Assembly: GCF_006345805.1 (NCBI RefSeq)
Contig: NW_021833902.1
Span: 1 to 53,186 of the forward strand
DNA length: 53,186 nt
From: Octopus sinensis
Lineage: Eukaryota
Direction of reading: 5' to 3'
Position numbers and translations under genes: made by a program. Below are positions 1-11,110 of this stretch, in pieces. Every line of letters starts with the position of its first letter. Positions within the stretch are counted from its first letter, which is position 1. The notes beneath the pieces are model-generated. The model saw nothing but the letters and a program-made list of their open reading frames with translations, had not been told where the DNA came from and did not search any database.

Positions 1-30
1 AAAGATAACGTGATATTTTATTCGAGTCTT

Positions 31-315
31 AGGAGCAGCTGTGTGGCAAGTAGCTTGCTTACGAACCATATGGTTCCGGGTTCAGTCCCACTGCGTAGCA
101 CCTTGTCAAATGTCTTCTACTGTTTGTCCTCCCAACATCGCTTGACATTCGATGCTGGTGTGTTTACGTCCCCGTAAATTAGTGGTTCGGCAAAAGAGAC
201 CGATAGAATAAGTACTCGGCTTACAAAGAATAAGTCCTGGGTTCGATTTGCTCGACTAAAACGCGGTGCTCCAGCATGGCCACAGTCAAATGACTGAAAC
301 AAGTAAAAGAGTAAA
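31..315 (+). mobile_element. tRNA-derived SINE family A, internally deleted copy
   Basis: tRNA-like head (ctgtgtggcaag...ggttcagtcccact) joined directly to the 3' half (tgtttgtcc...ccagcatggcc...gaaacaagtaaaagag). The middle and microsatellite seen in other copies are missing. Confidence 0.85.
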
Positions 316-450
316 TGGACGAACTGGTTAACGTATATTCGAGTATGTCGTGTGTATCGCTTAAACCATTTTGGAACGCAAATTTGTTAAGCTGGATCGA
401 ACCTTTGTATACAAAATCGCAATTACAATTTCATTTTGTATAACTATGAA

Positions 451-587
451 TTCTACAACAATTATTACATTTTAAAAACCTCAACATAATACGCAGCTAT
501 ATTTAATTCTAATTTGCTATATGGAACATAATATTTCGATTTTTAAAATATATTTCTTATAATTTTAAAATTATGGTGTAGAAATTA
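451..587. mobile_element. Possible degenerate MITE; related copy at about 1320-1474
   Basis: Imperfect terminal inverted repeats (ttctacaacaatt / aattatggtgtagaa). A similar tctaca...ttatggtatagaa unit lies at 1320-1474. Confidence 0.3.
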
Positions 588-1868
588 TATTACATGTACG
601 CAATGAAAATGATTTCTCATTTTATTTTCTTGTCTCTTCGCATATATTCCGTATTATATCTTCTTTTTTCTTTTTGAAATAATATCACTTGTAATATTGA
701 TATTAGCTATGAACTTGATATCCTGTTTTATAGATATTGTTCTATTCATTCTATTATTGATAGCATCTATATCATTAGCATTCGGGTTACGATCTTTATT
801 GAATTTTGTGTGTCGATAATAGTTATTAGCTGCCATACAGAAATAGAATTACACAAATCTCATGATTGAAAAAAAAAGAAGAAAAAAGAAAAAGAAAAAG
901 AAAGAAAACAAACAAAAGAAAATAGAGAGAGGCTACGAAGCAACAACAAAACGAAAGAAAATATAAAAAAAACAATACAGTAATAAGGATATACAAAAAG
1001 CAAAATTTTGGGGATTATTCACATATTACACATATAACATTTTAAAAATTAGTGGCTTATACGAGAGGAAATATCTCACGAGAAAAGGTGGGCATTTCAC
1101 AGACGAGCAATTCTAAGTATATCTCTGCCGATTTAACCACTCGCTCGTTATAAAAGCTGTCAGCTGGTCTTCTTTTCCATCAAAATTCTATTTGCATTGC
1201 TAACATTTATTTTATTTATTTCAAACGAATGATAACTGATTTTGTTGTTTTTCTTCCTATTTAATCTTCTTGTATTTTTTTGTGTCTTTTCTTTTTTTTT
1301 TTTTTGATATTTCGCAAATCTACAACACCTTACATATCTTGATGGTGTGAATTAGATATGGATTATGCTTCAGCATATATTTTCCTATATATAAGCTGCG
1401 GTTTATATAGGTAAGCTATATATCTAATACGTACTCACAAATGCATAGATATTTAAAAATTTATGGTATAGAACTTTTGTCATTTTGATGAAGCTGCAGT
1501 TCTATAATAATGATGACATTAATGATGATGATGATAATATAAATAATAACAGTGACAATAATGACGATGATAATAATAATAATAATGCTAAATTCTGTAG
1601 GAGGTATAACAAAGGCGTTTTATGTTACCCTTCCATCAACACACTTTTGTTGTTGTCTTGTCTGTGTATGTGCGTATGTAACATGCCTCTGATTATATGT
1701 ATGTAGATACATATACACATACATATATACATACGTACACACGCACACAGGCATATGTGTGTATGCTGAAAGAGGTTAAATATACATCGGTCTTAACATA
1801 CTCTATATTTATAAGTCTATATATACGTACGTATGTATATATATATATATATAGTATATATATATATC

Positions 1869-1903
<35 letters not shown>

Positions 1904-1929
1904 TATATATATATAATATATATATATAC

Positions 1930-2983
1930 GTAAGTTTATATATATATATAAACTTACTTGGAGGAAACGAAGGACAGCTGATGAAGGGGAATTTTCCTTG
2001 TGTTGTTTGTCCTGTACTCTGTTTTTTCGTTGTTAAAAAAAGGTCCGTTTCCATGTTTGTTTTTACGTTTTCGTTTCTCGTTGAGTTCTACGTCCATTTG
2101 TGGTGTCCTGTACTCACGTATATATATTTATATATGCATGTATATATACATGTAGATGTAGGTACGTACATATATGTATGTATGTATGCATATATTTTAT
2201 TTATTAAATTATTGTATGACTGAGCGCCCTCGCGTCGTTTCGTTTCCTCCAAGTAAGTTTTTATATATAATTATGACGCGAAACTCTATAACCCTTTGCT
2301 TGACCTTCCCTTCCTTCCTTGTCTTCCTCTTTGCCTGTCTCTCTTTTTCACCCTTTCTGGTTTCCTTTCCTCTCTATCTCTCTCTCTCTCACTCCTCCTC
2401 ATCTCTCTCACAGCCGGGCGACCACTTCCTTTCGCTTGCGGCCTCCTACAAGTGAACACGCTTTTTTCCTGCGCTCTTAAAAATCTTTCCTGGTCTAGGC
2501 CAAAAAAGGCCCTCATTGTTTGTTTTTATTTCTTGTACTGTATTTTTTTGTAATTGTATTTTTTTTTTGTATTTTATTTTGTAATTTTATTTGTATCGTT
2601 TTTACGTCCTGTTTTTGTCACATGTTTTTCTTTCCTTGTTTTTACCCCTCTGCAAAGGAATTTTACTTAATTCTTTCGCAGGAAGGGCTAGTTCGACGAG
2701 TCGTGTTCTGTCCTCACCTTCGAAACACGCATGGAGTCGAACTAGGGACAGCTGATGAAGGGGAATTTTCCTTGTGTTGTTTGTCTTGTACTCTGTTTTT
2801 TAGTTGTTAAAAAAGGTCCGTTTCCATGTTTGGTTTTACGTTTTCGTTTCTCGTTGAGTTCTACGTCTATTTGTGGTGTCCTGAACTCACGTATATATAT
2901 TTATATATGCATGTATATATACATGTAGATGTAGGTACGTACATATATATATGTATGTATGCATATATTTTATTTATTAAATT
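1930..2983 (+). mobile_element. Non-autonomous Penelope-like element: 774-bp tandem unit with about 240-bp direct repeats and an inverted 5' junction
   Basis: Direct repeats 1972-2212 and 2746-2983 are nearly identical, each starting ggacagCTGATGAagggg. A 22-bp inverted copy (1950-1971) matches 2239-2260. Splice-like donor GTAAGT at 2253 and acceptor CAG at 2679-2681. PLE identity is inferred from this architecture. Confidence 0.6.
2688..2763 (+). ncRNA. Hammerhead-like motif with its strands in non-canonical order (putative)
   Basis: CUGAUGA at 2752-2758 and GAAA at 2722-2725. Stem I CUGUCC/GGACAG, stem III CGUGU/ACACG, and a 10-bp stem ctagttcgac/gtcgaactag. Confidence 0.45.
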
Positions 2984-3149
2984 ATATATAATATATATGT
3001 GTGTGTGTGTGTGTGTGGTCTGCAAGTATTTGTATTTATTAACATATATGTATTTCTCGTATATAGGTATATAACCATGCATATATATATATATATGCAC
3101 ACACACATACACACACACACACATATATATATGTATGTATATAGCCATG

Positions 3150-3180
<31 letters not shown>

Positions 3181-3184
<4 letters not shown>

Positions 3185-4060
3185 AGATGGTATCAAAAGG
3201 TTCCCGGACTAGTTATGTTTAATAAAAAAATAACTTATTTACCTAAGACTTAACATCATCTCCTACAAAATAGTCACCTTGCGCAGCATAACATCGGTCT
3301 CAGCGCTCCTGCCACTTTTGGAATGGAATGCGACCTAGATACCGTTTTCCGTAAGCGAGTTGAGGACCTTCTGCAATTCGCTCTGGGTCTCGACTATGGC
3401 GTTAAAACGATGACATTTGAGCTGCATTTTTATCTTGGGAAAGGGCTGAATCTGACGAAGAGGGAGGGCTGCGGAAGCGATACCATGTTGTTTTTGGCGA
3501 GAAACTCACGTGTGAAAGGAGCTCGGTGAGGAATCCAATTTTTCGCTCTCCACAAATCCGGTCGCTTTCGCCGAATGCCCCCCCCCCTCAAACGCTTCAA
3601 AGTGCTGCAGTAGAACTCTCGACTGGCGGTCTAAACCTGAAGCGTAATACCATATTTCCAGGAGTGACCTTTGTGGCAGGCTTTCTAGATCGCTCATTGC
3701 CTTCCAAGGACCTTCGTCCACTTTTGAAGTGCCCGTGTCACCCGAAACATTGCGTACCACCCATTGCGGAATCGCCATAATCTTGCTGAAGCATGTTCAA
3801 TGTCTTTGTAGCAGACTTTCCAAGTTTAACGCGAAATTTCACGTTGGCTCTTTGTTTCTGTCCATGACAAAATCACAGACTACATCATACATGGGATTAC
3901 AAAAACACAAATTTCACAACATGCGAAGTAAACACAACGATATCACTCGGCACACACCTTCATGAAGGTCACTGCTAACTCTCACTGACACGCAACCGTG
4001 TGCTGCCATCTGTTGGCGCGCTACAGAACTAGTCGTGGAACCTTTTGATACCACCTCGTA
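3181..4060 (-). mobile_element. Internally deleted mariner (Tc1/mariner) transposon with both TIRs
   Basis: 32-bp TIRs at 3183-3214 and 4027-4058, with TA at 4059-4060 (CA on the left). Minus strand gives a decayed N-terminus (...ANVKFRVKLGKSATKTLNMLQQDYGD..HFKSGRRSLEGNERS) and C-terminus (KWQER*DRCYAAQGDYF). Stops and frameshifts are present. Confidence 0.9.
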
Positions 4061-4102
4061 AAAACATACAAAAAGATAGATATATATTTTCTAAAGGTTT
4101 CT

Positions 4103-4331
4103 TATTTCTTTACTACACACAAGGGATGAAACACAGAGGGGAAAAACAAGGACAGACAAACGGATTAAGTCGATTATATCGACCCAGAGCGTAGCTGGTA
4201 CTAATTTAATCGACCCCGAAAGGATGAAAGGCAAAGTCGACTTCGGCGGAATTTGAAATCAGAACGTAGCGGCAGACGAACAACCGCTAAGCATTTCGCC
4301 CGGCGTACTAGCGCATCAGCCAGCTCGCCGC
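4103..4331 (-). mobile_element. tRNA-derived SINE family B, full length
   Basis: Reverse complement starts gcggcgagctggc. It has a B-box-like gatttcaaattcc and the core gcctttcatcctttcggggtcgat, which resembles the Deu/Nin SINE domain from memory. Confidence 0.85.
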
Positions 4332-4536
4332 TGATTTTCTACAGGTTTCTGCATAGTTTTCGTGATAACATTCCAGCCAGTTGATACTGAACAACTCGAG
4401 AGTAGAAAAAAAGCGATGTCTTGCATTACTAGATAGTGGCCATGCGGAGCACCGCTTCGAAGAAATTTTAGTTGAGCTTCCAAAGACCACATACGTACTA
4501 AACAAACCTCTAAAGGACACAGACAATTCATAGATA

Positions 4537-4746
4537 TTCTTTTACTCTTTTACTTGTTTCAATCATTTGCCTGCGGCCATGTTGGGGCACTGCCTTTAGT
4601 CGAGCAAATCGACCCCAGGACTTATTCTTTGTAAGCCTAGTACTTATTCTATCGGTCTCTTTTGCCGAACCGCTAAGTTACGGGGACGTAAACACACCAG
4701 CATCGGTTGTCAAGCGATGTTGGGGGGGAGCCAAACACAGACACAC

Positions 4747-4796
<50 letters not shown>

Positions 4797-4948
4797 CATA
4801 TACATATATACGATGGGCTACTTTCAGTTTCCGTCTACCAAATCCACTCACAAGGCTTTGATCGGTCCAAGGCTATAGTAGAAGACACTTTCCCAATGAC
4901 TGGGCCTGGAACCATGTGGATGGTAAGCAAGCTACTTACCACACAGCC
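4537..4948 (-). mobile_element. SINE family A, near full length
   Basis: Homologous to 31-315, with an internal (CA)n(TA)n tract. Confidence 0.85.
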
Positions 4949-5269
4949 AATATTCTTTTAAAACACGAATAACATGAAATTTTCTTCATAATTGCTATGA
5001 AATTATTAAACAACATTCAGTAATATTAATATTCTCGGTATTGCATAGGAAACAGGTATGTGAGCGGTGACCTATATAGAACACATCAATGTCACCATCG
5101 CTTCATATTGGAAAATAATATTAAAATATAGAAAATATAATTCTTATGCAGGATATCCAAATTATGAATGCTAGTTTCGTAATAATATATGCAAAAACGA
5201 AAGAAATAGTTTTTTTGTGTTAACATCATAATAGAAGAATAATTACGTTATACATTGTTATATGACGGC

Positions 5270-5270
5270 A

Positions 5271-5326
<56 letters not shown>

Positions 5327-5340
5327 TATTATTATTATTA

Positions 5341-5375
<35 letters not shown>

Positions 5376-5411
5376 TATTATTATTACTATTATTATTATT
5401 ATTATTATTAT
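5270..5411. repeat. (TAT)n microsatellite
   Basis: Direct reading. Confidence 0.95.
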
Positions 5412-5719
5412 GAAGGGGGATGATGATGCTTATAGCTAGATGTATATACACTAATGTGATTACATAAGTTGATGAAGTCGCAACTTTTTTTACTATCAGT
5501 GTTTTTAAAAGACGCCATTTCATACCTACATTCCTGATTACCTTTCGATATTTTTCACGTATTTCTTTTTCTCGTTCTTTCTTTCTTTTTGTTTGTTTGT
5601 TTCGTTTTTTCTTTCTTTAGTTCTTTCTTTGGTTCTTTCTCTTCACTCATTTTGCTTCCTTTGTGCGTGTATACATATATGTGTGTGTGCGTGTATGCCT
5701 ATGTCTATCTATCCATCGT

Positions 5720-5785
<66 letters not shown>

Positions 5786-5956
5786 AATCTATCTATCTAT
5801 CTATCCTTCTCCTTCTCCCTCGCTCCCTCGCTCCCTCCCTCCCTCCATCTCTCTCTCTCTCTCTTTATATATATATATATATATATACATCCCCTTCTAT
5901 CTTTATCTCTCTATGTATGTGTGTATGTATGTATGTTTGTATGTATTTGTCTGTCT

Positions 5957-6011
<55 letters not shown>

Positions 6012-6120
6012 GAGTATCTTTCTATTTTTTACCTACCTATCTATCAGTCTGTCTGTTTGTCTGCTCCTCTGTTTGTTTGCCTACCTGTCTGTCTGTCTGT
6101 CTGTCTCTCTCTCTGTCTCT
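5720..6120. repeat. (TCTA)n/(TC)n/(TA)n compound microsatellite; similar tracts at 6545-6717 and 9043-9290
   Basis: Direct reading. Source of the YLSI-repeat ORFs. Confidence 0.95.
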
Positions 6121-6545
6121 CCCTCTCTCAGTCTTTCTTTTATAATCTCGATTTAATCAATACTTTATGCGGGGAATTAGTAGAAAACTACGAAAATTTT
6201 ATATATTTCTCTGAATACTACAATAGCGTGAACCTCAAGTCGCGGGACAAACACTTTACTTCAACTTTAATAAAATGCTCCACCCATACACAAACACACT
6301 CACACGTACACAAACACACACACATACACGCACAAATATATACGCATACATTTACGTACACATATATGTGAGTGTACTCAAGTAAATATATACATATACA
6401 CATATATTTAATAGATGGCGAATTCATTGGCGTGAAATGTAATTAAGGAGAAAAGAATTTGTGAAAGCTCTTAGTTTGAGATTTCTGTTCCTAAATGGAA
6501 TAAGAGAATCTTGGTAAGGACTTATAGATTCCAAGCTCATGTGTA

Positions 6546-6603
<58 letters not shown>

Positions 6604-6660
6604 CTATCTATCTATCTATATCTATCTATCTATCTATCTATATCTATCTATCTATGTCTG

Positions 6661-6717
<57 letters not shown>

Positions 6718-6744
6718 ATGTATGTATATTCTTTATTCTTTTTC

Positions 6745-6870
6745 TTTCTTTTACTTGTTTCAGTCATTTTGACTGCGGCCATGCTGGAGCACCGCCTTTA
6801 GTCGAGCAAATCGACCCCGGGACTTATTCTTTGGAAGCCCAGTACTTATTCTATCGGTCTCTTTTGCCGA
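6745..6870 (-). mobile_element. SINE family A, 3' half
   Basis: cttgtttcagtcatttt...gagcaccgcctttagtcgagcaaatcgac...cttttgccga. Confidence 0.8.
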
Positions 6871-7389
6871 GTGTGTGTGTGTGTTATGACGTGGGTATAT
6901 ACGTCTGGTGTAAAATGGGATTACACAAATAAATAATTGGTTGTGGTTATCTAATAATAACCTATCGCAGAAATATATGTTAACACAGAACGCACTCCGT
7001 ACTACTCGAACGTAGGTACGACACTCAGTTTTCACTGTTCAACTACCGACTGTTAAACCAAAACATATCCAAGTAACACTGATAAACAACATGGTCAACT
7101 ATCCCCTTGGCAGTTCGCTCACTTCTTATTTTTTGTAATCGGTTAGTCCAATGTCTGTATCCTATATATCTCTATCTCTATATATATAGATGTATGTATG
7201 TGTATATATACATACATCTTTGTTCGTTTCCTTATTTCATTACCTACGTTCTAATCTAATCCAGTACCTATTTCGTTTTTGAATATTCCTTTCCTAAATT
7301 TATAACTATAATCTCATGTTTCTCATATTTTAATGGTTTTAATGTTCTCCCAAATTATTATATTATATGTGTATATATATATATATAAT

Positions 7390-8111
7390 AAACCTTTACA
7401 TAAATAAATAACGTGAAATACACGAAGGGACGAACAAAAAGACAAACGGGTCATTCAAAGCCTTCGTTCTTCAGTCAGAAACTGATTCCTCATCGCAGAT
7501 TTCGGCTGTTTAATTCTGAAGGAAAGAATGAAACGCAACAGAGACGAACATGAAACGAAAAATCTTTTATGGGGACAGTAACGGTTAAAAACATGGATGA
7601 CACAGGCGCCCTACGGCTTTGGGACAAACAGAGAGACACAAAAACAATATCAACAGCGTGGAAAAATAAGTACCTTTTCGGTGATGAGACACATATTGAA
7701 CCAGCGGCCGATGGCAACAGAATGGCTGAGGCAGCAAGTCGCAAGAGGGTAAGAGAGAGAAGGGGGTAAGAGAGAGAGGGGACCAAGGAGGGTGGAAGGC
7801 GAGGACAGAAGCAGTGACCAAGAGAGAGAGGGAGAGAAGGAATCAGAGAAGAAGCAGTGACCAAGAGAGAGAGGGAGAGAATGAATCAGAGAGGCTGGGA
7901 GAAAAAGGCGCCAAAACAATTTGGCAACAAAGCAATGGCGAAGGAACGAAAAAAGTTTAAAGACATCGTGCAGGGGTGGTGTTATGATAAACATAAAGAA
8001 GTTATTATGCACGTACGCTGCGAAATATATAAAAAACCTTTACATAAATAAATAACGTGAAATACACGAAGGGACGAACAAAAAGACAAACGGGTCATTC
8101 AAAGCCTTCGT
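7390..8111 (-). mobile_element. Second Penelope-like tandem unit (644-bp period, identical 78-bp direct repeats)
   Basis: 7390-7467 is identical to 8034-8111. Minus-strand donor AG|GTACTT at 7673 and acceptor ttctttccttcAG at 7516. A CTGAAGA motif lies just upstream of the repeat. Confidence 0.45.
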
Positions 8112-8159
8112 ATATATAGATAATATGTATATATATATATAAATGTATGTATATATGAG

Positions 8160-8190
<31 letters not shown>

Positions 8191-8228
8191 GTAGATGGAA
8201 GTATATATATATGTATATATGTGTGTAT

Positions 8229-8263
<35 letters not shown>

Positions 8264-9045
8264 TATGCATAATATGCGCGCGTGTGTATTTAAAAAAATA
8301 AGGTAGATAATCTGAAAAACATCTCTAGTACAAACCGATACAGTTCGGATGGACGGGCATAAGTGTGATTCCTTCTTCAGTTGCCAACTGTAAATCATAA
8401 CAATATCGACACCTAATATAATATTGTTCATTCCAATGATTGCCATCACCCATTAGAGTTGTGAGTATACAGACGATTCCGCTGGAAATACGGTCTAAAC
8501 CATTAAAATATGAGAAACATACGAGATTATTGTTATAAATTTAGGAAGGGAATATGCAAAAACGTGATGGGTGCTGGATTAGATTAGAACGTGGGTCATA
8601 AAATAAGGAAAGCAATGTATGACGGAAAAATAGTATGTAATCTTGGGTCTCCCTTACAAATTGGAAGAAAGGAAAACAAGCGTCCATTACCACGAAAAGC
8701 GAAGGAAACAAACAGGATGAAACAGGAAGCAAATACGTCGTTTTACGATTAAAGGAAGCAAGTGATATCAGCGAAGAAAGAATTTATGTTAGCGAAAGGA
8801 TGGCGTGTGAGACGGAGAAGTTGGGAAAATTTGGTGGTAGGACGAAGTGGGAGTGAGAGTGGGAGTAAGACAGAGACTATCAGAGAAAGAAAGAGAGAGA
8901 GATTTGGAGAGAGAGAGTGTAGGGAGGTGGAGGGGAGAAAAGACCACAGCCTAGATGAGATAATAGAGAGAAGGTAACAGGTAAATGGGAAAACGTGGTG
9001 GACGGTAAGAGGTTATCAGAGGGCATGTGTGTTTGTATAAATCTA

Positions 9046-9117
<72 letters not shown>

Positions 9118-9224
9118 CATCTATCTATCTATCTATCTATTTATCTATCTGTCTATCTATCTATTTATCTATCTATCTCTCTACCTATTTATCTCTCTCT
9201 CTCTCCATCTATCTTTCTATATAT

Positions 9225-9289
<65 letters not shown>

Positions 9290-9390
9290 CATATACACAT
9301 ATATATATGTATGTATGTATATATGTATGTGTTTGTGTGTATATATTATATGCATACATATGCATAGAAGCATAGCACATATAAGCAATT

Positions 9391-9422
<32 letters not shown>

Positions 9423-10141
9423 ATATATATCGTATCATATCATATCATATCATAAAATTATTTTTAAACTCTCTATTTATGGAACGAGAAAATATTGCAA
9501 CTGAATGCATTAAAGCAGCGTGTGTTCATATGTAGATATGTAAATATATTTCCCTTCTTTCTTATACAGAATTTTTCAAAGAGGAGTTAGGAAAAGCGAA
9601 CGTTCAGGAGTTATATCTAATGGAGAGAAAGATGAAGATTAATAAAAAAAATCTTAAATAAGAACAAACATGAATCGATCTGTTTATTCTTTATTTATTA
9701 ATGTTTCTATTTATTTAAAAAATTTACGTACTTTAGCATATATCCTCGCATTAATTTTTAATTTTTAATTTCTATTTTCCAATCATTCATTAATAAATTC
9801 ATATCGTTATTTATCGTCAAATATGACAAAGTTTCCACGAGGTTTTCCCCACACGAATTCATACTTTCATATCTCTATTTATTCATTATTTCACATATTT
9901 GATTGTTGCAGAATTGGAGAGGTTAGTATAAAACCCAAACTTGCTATCTTCGTTTCGGTTCCCATGCCTTTCGTCAGCTATATTTCATGAAAGTTAGGTC
10001 AAAACCGAAAGGACATGATTGCAAATACAAGCGACAGAAATGTAGTCCCTCGGAGAAATTTCCGAGGTGACGTTATTTGACGGGTTGTTTAGGTTGGAGA
10101 CCTGGGAGTCTCTCCAAGTTAATCCTCTACTTCTCTGTGAA

Positions 10142-10375
10142 GGCGCATGGCTTAGTGGATTGAGTGTTGGACTCACGTTCGTAAGGTTGTGGTTTCGATT
10201 CCTGAACCGGGCAATGTATTATCTTCTTGAGCAAAACAGTTCGTTTTACGTTGCTCCGGTCCACTCAACTGGCGAAAATGAATAATCCTGGGATGGACTG
10301 GCGTCCCATCCAGGTGGCGATTTTATACGCCTTGAAACCGGGAAACCGGATTTATGAGTCAGCATGACTCGAGGT
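10142..10375 (+). mobile_element. tRNA-derived SINE family D
   Basis: A box tggcttagtgg, B box ggtttcgattcc, core cttgagcaaaac...gttgctcc..tccactca, then ggatggactggcgtcccatccagg. Confidence 0.75.
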
Positions 10376-10408
10376 GAGTTACTGTACTCTCCCTCTCCGC
10401 TTGGATAT

Positions 10409-10793
10409 ATTCTTTTACTCTTTTACTTGTTTCAGTCATTTGACCGTGGCCATGCTGGAGCACCACCTTTAGTCGAGCAAATCGACTTATCCTTTGTAAG
10501 CCTAGTACTTATTTTATCGGTCACTTTTGCCAAACCGCTGATTTTCGGGGACGTAAACACACCAGCGTCGGTTGTCAAGCGATGTTGGACACACACACAC
10601 ACACACACGCACATACACGCGCACACACACACATGTATATATGACGGGCTTCTTTCGGTTTCCGTCTACCAAATCCACTCACAAGGCTTTGATCGGCCTG
10701 AGGCTATAGTAGAAGACAGTTGACAAGGTGCCATGCAGTGGGACTGAACCCGGAAACATATGGTAGGTAAGCAGACTACCTACTACACAGCCA
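10409..10793 (-). mobile_element. SINE family A, near full length
   Basis: Homology to the other family A copies. Confidence 0.85.
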
Positions 10794-10799
10794 CAGTTC

Positions 10800-11110
10800 C
10801 ATACAATGGACATGCGATTAGAATGTCACAGGAAAGTATCGCATGAGGGAGGATTCTTCAAGCGAAGTCAAACGGCAGGAGGCCTAATGGTAGACCAAGA
10901 ACGAAATGGTTGGATAATATCTCTAGTCTCAATCATGCTTGGGAATACAGCCAGAAGGCCTAGTGAAGGGTTACTTTTGATAGAACCCAATAGTTGAAGT
11001 TTATTCACTGATTACCAAAATCAGAAATATCAGATAGTTGAGGTGGTCGAGAACTCGCCCCAATAAGATCCCGCCCCTGGAATTGCGGGTGGAGAAGATG
11101 GATGGAAGGA
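10800..11110 (+). mobile_element. RTE-like LINE 3' end, 5'-truncated and decayed
   Basis: Decayed translation GHAIRMSQESIA..RILQAKSNGRRPNGRPRTKWLDNI matches the RTE C-terminal GHV.RM...GRP..RW.D motif. Tail gcgggtggagaagatggatgg. Confidence 0.7.

Noticed and set aside
5589-6801. Long ORFs rich in YLSI/IYLS repeats (also at 8995-9455 and 45563-46123)
   Set aside because: They are translations of (TCTA)n and (TA)n tracts, open in several overlapping frames.
7440-7480. Complete hammerhead on the minus strand (CTGAAGA...TGAAT)
   Set aside because: GAAA is absent and stems I and III could not be assigned. It is kept only as a motif within the tandem element.
10027-10105. Two adjacent 7-bp hairpins upstream of a SINE
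   Set aside because: They are short, match no RNA class I know, and could arise by chance.
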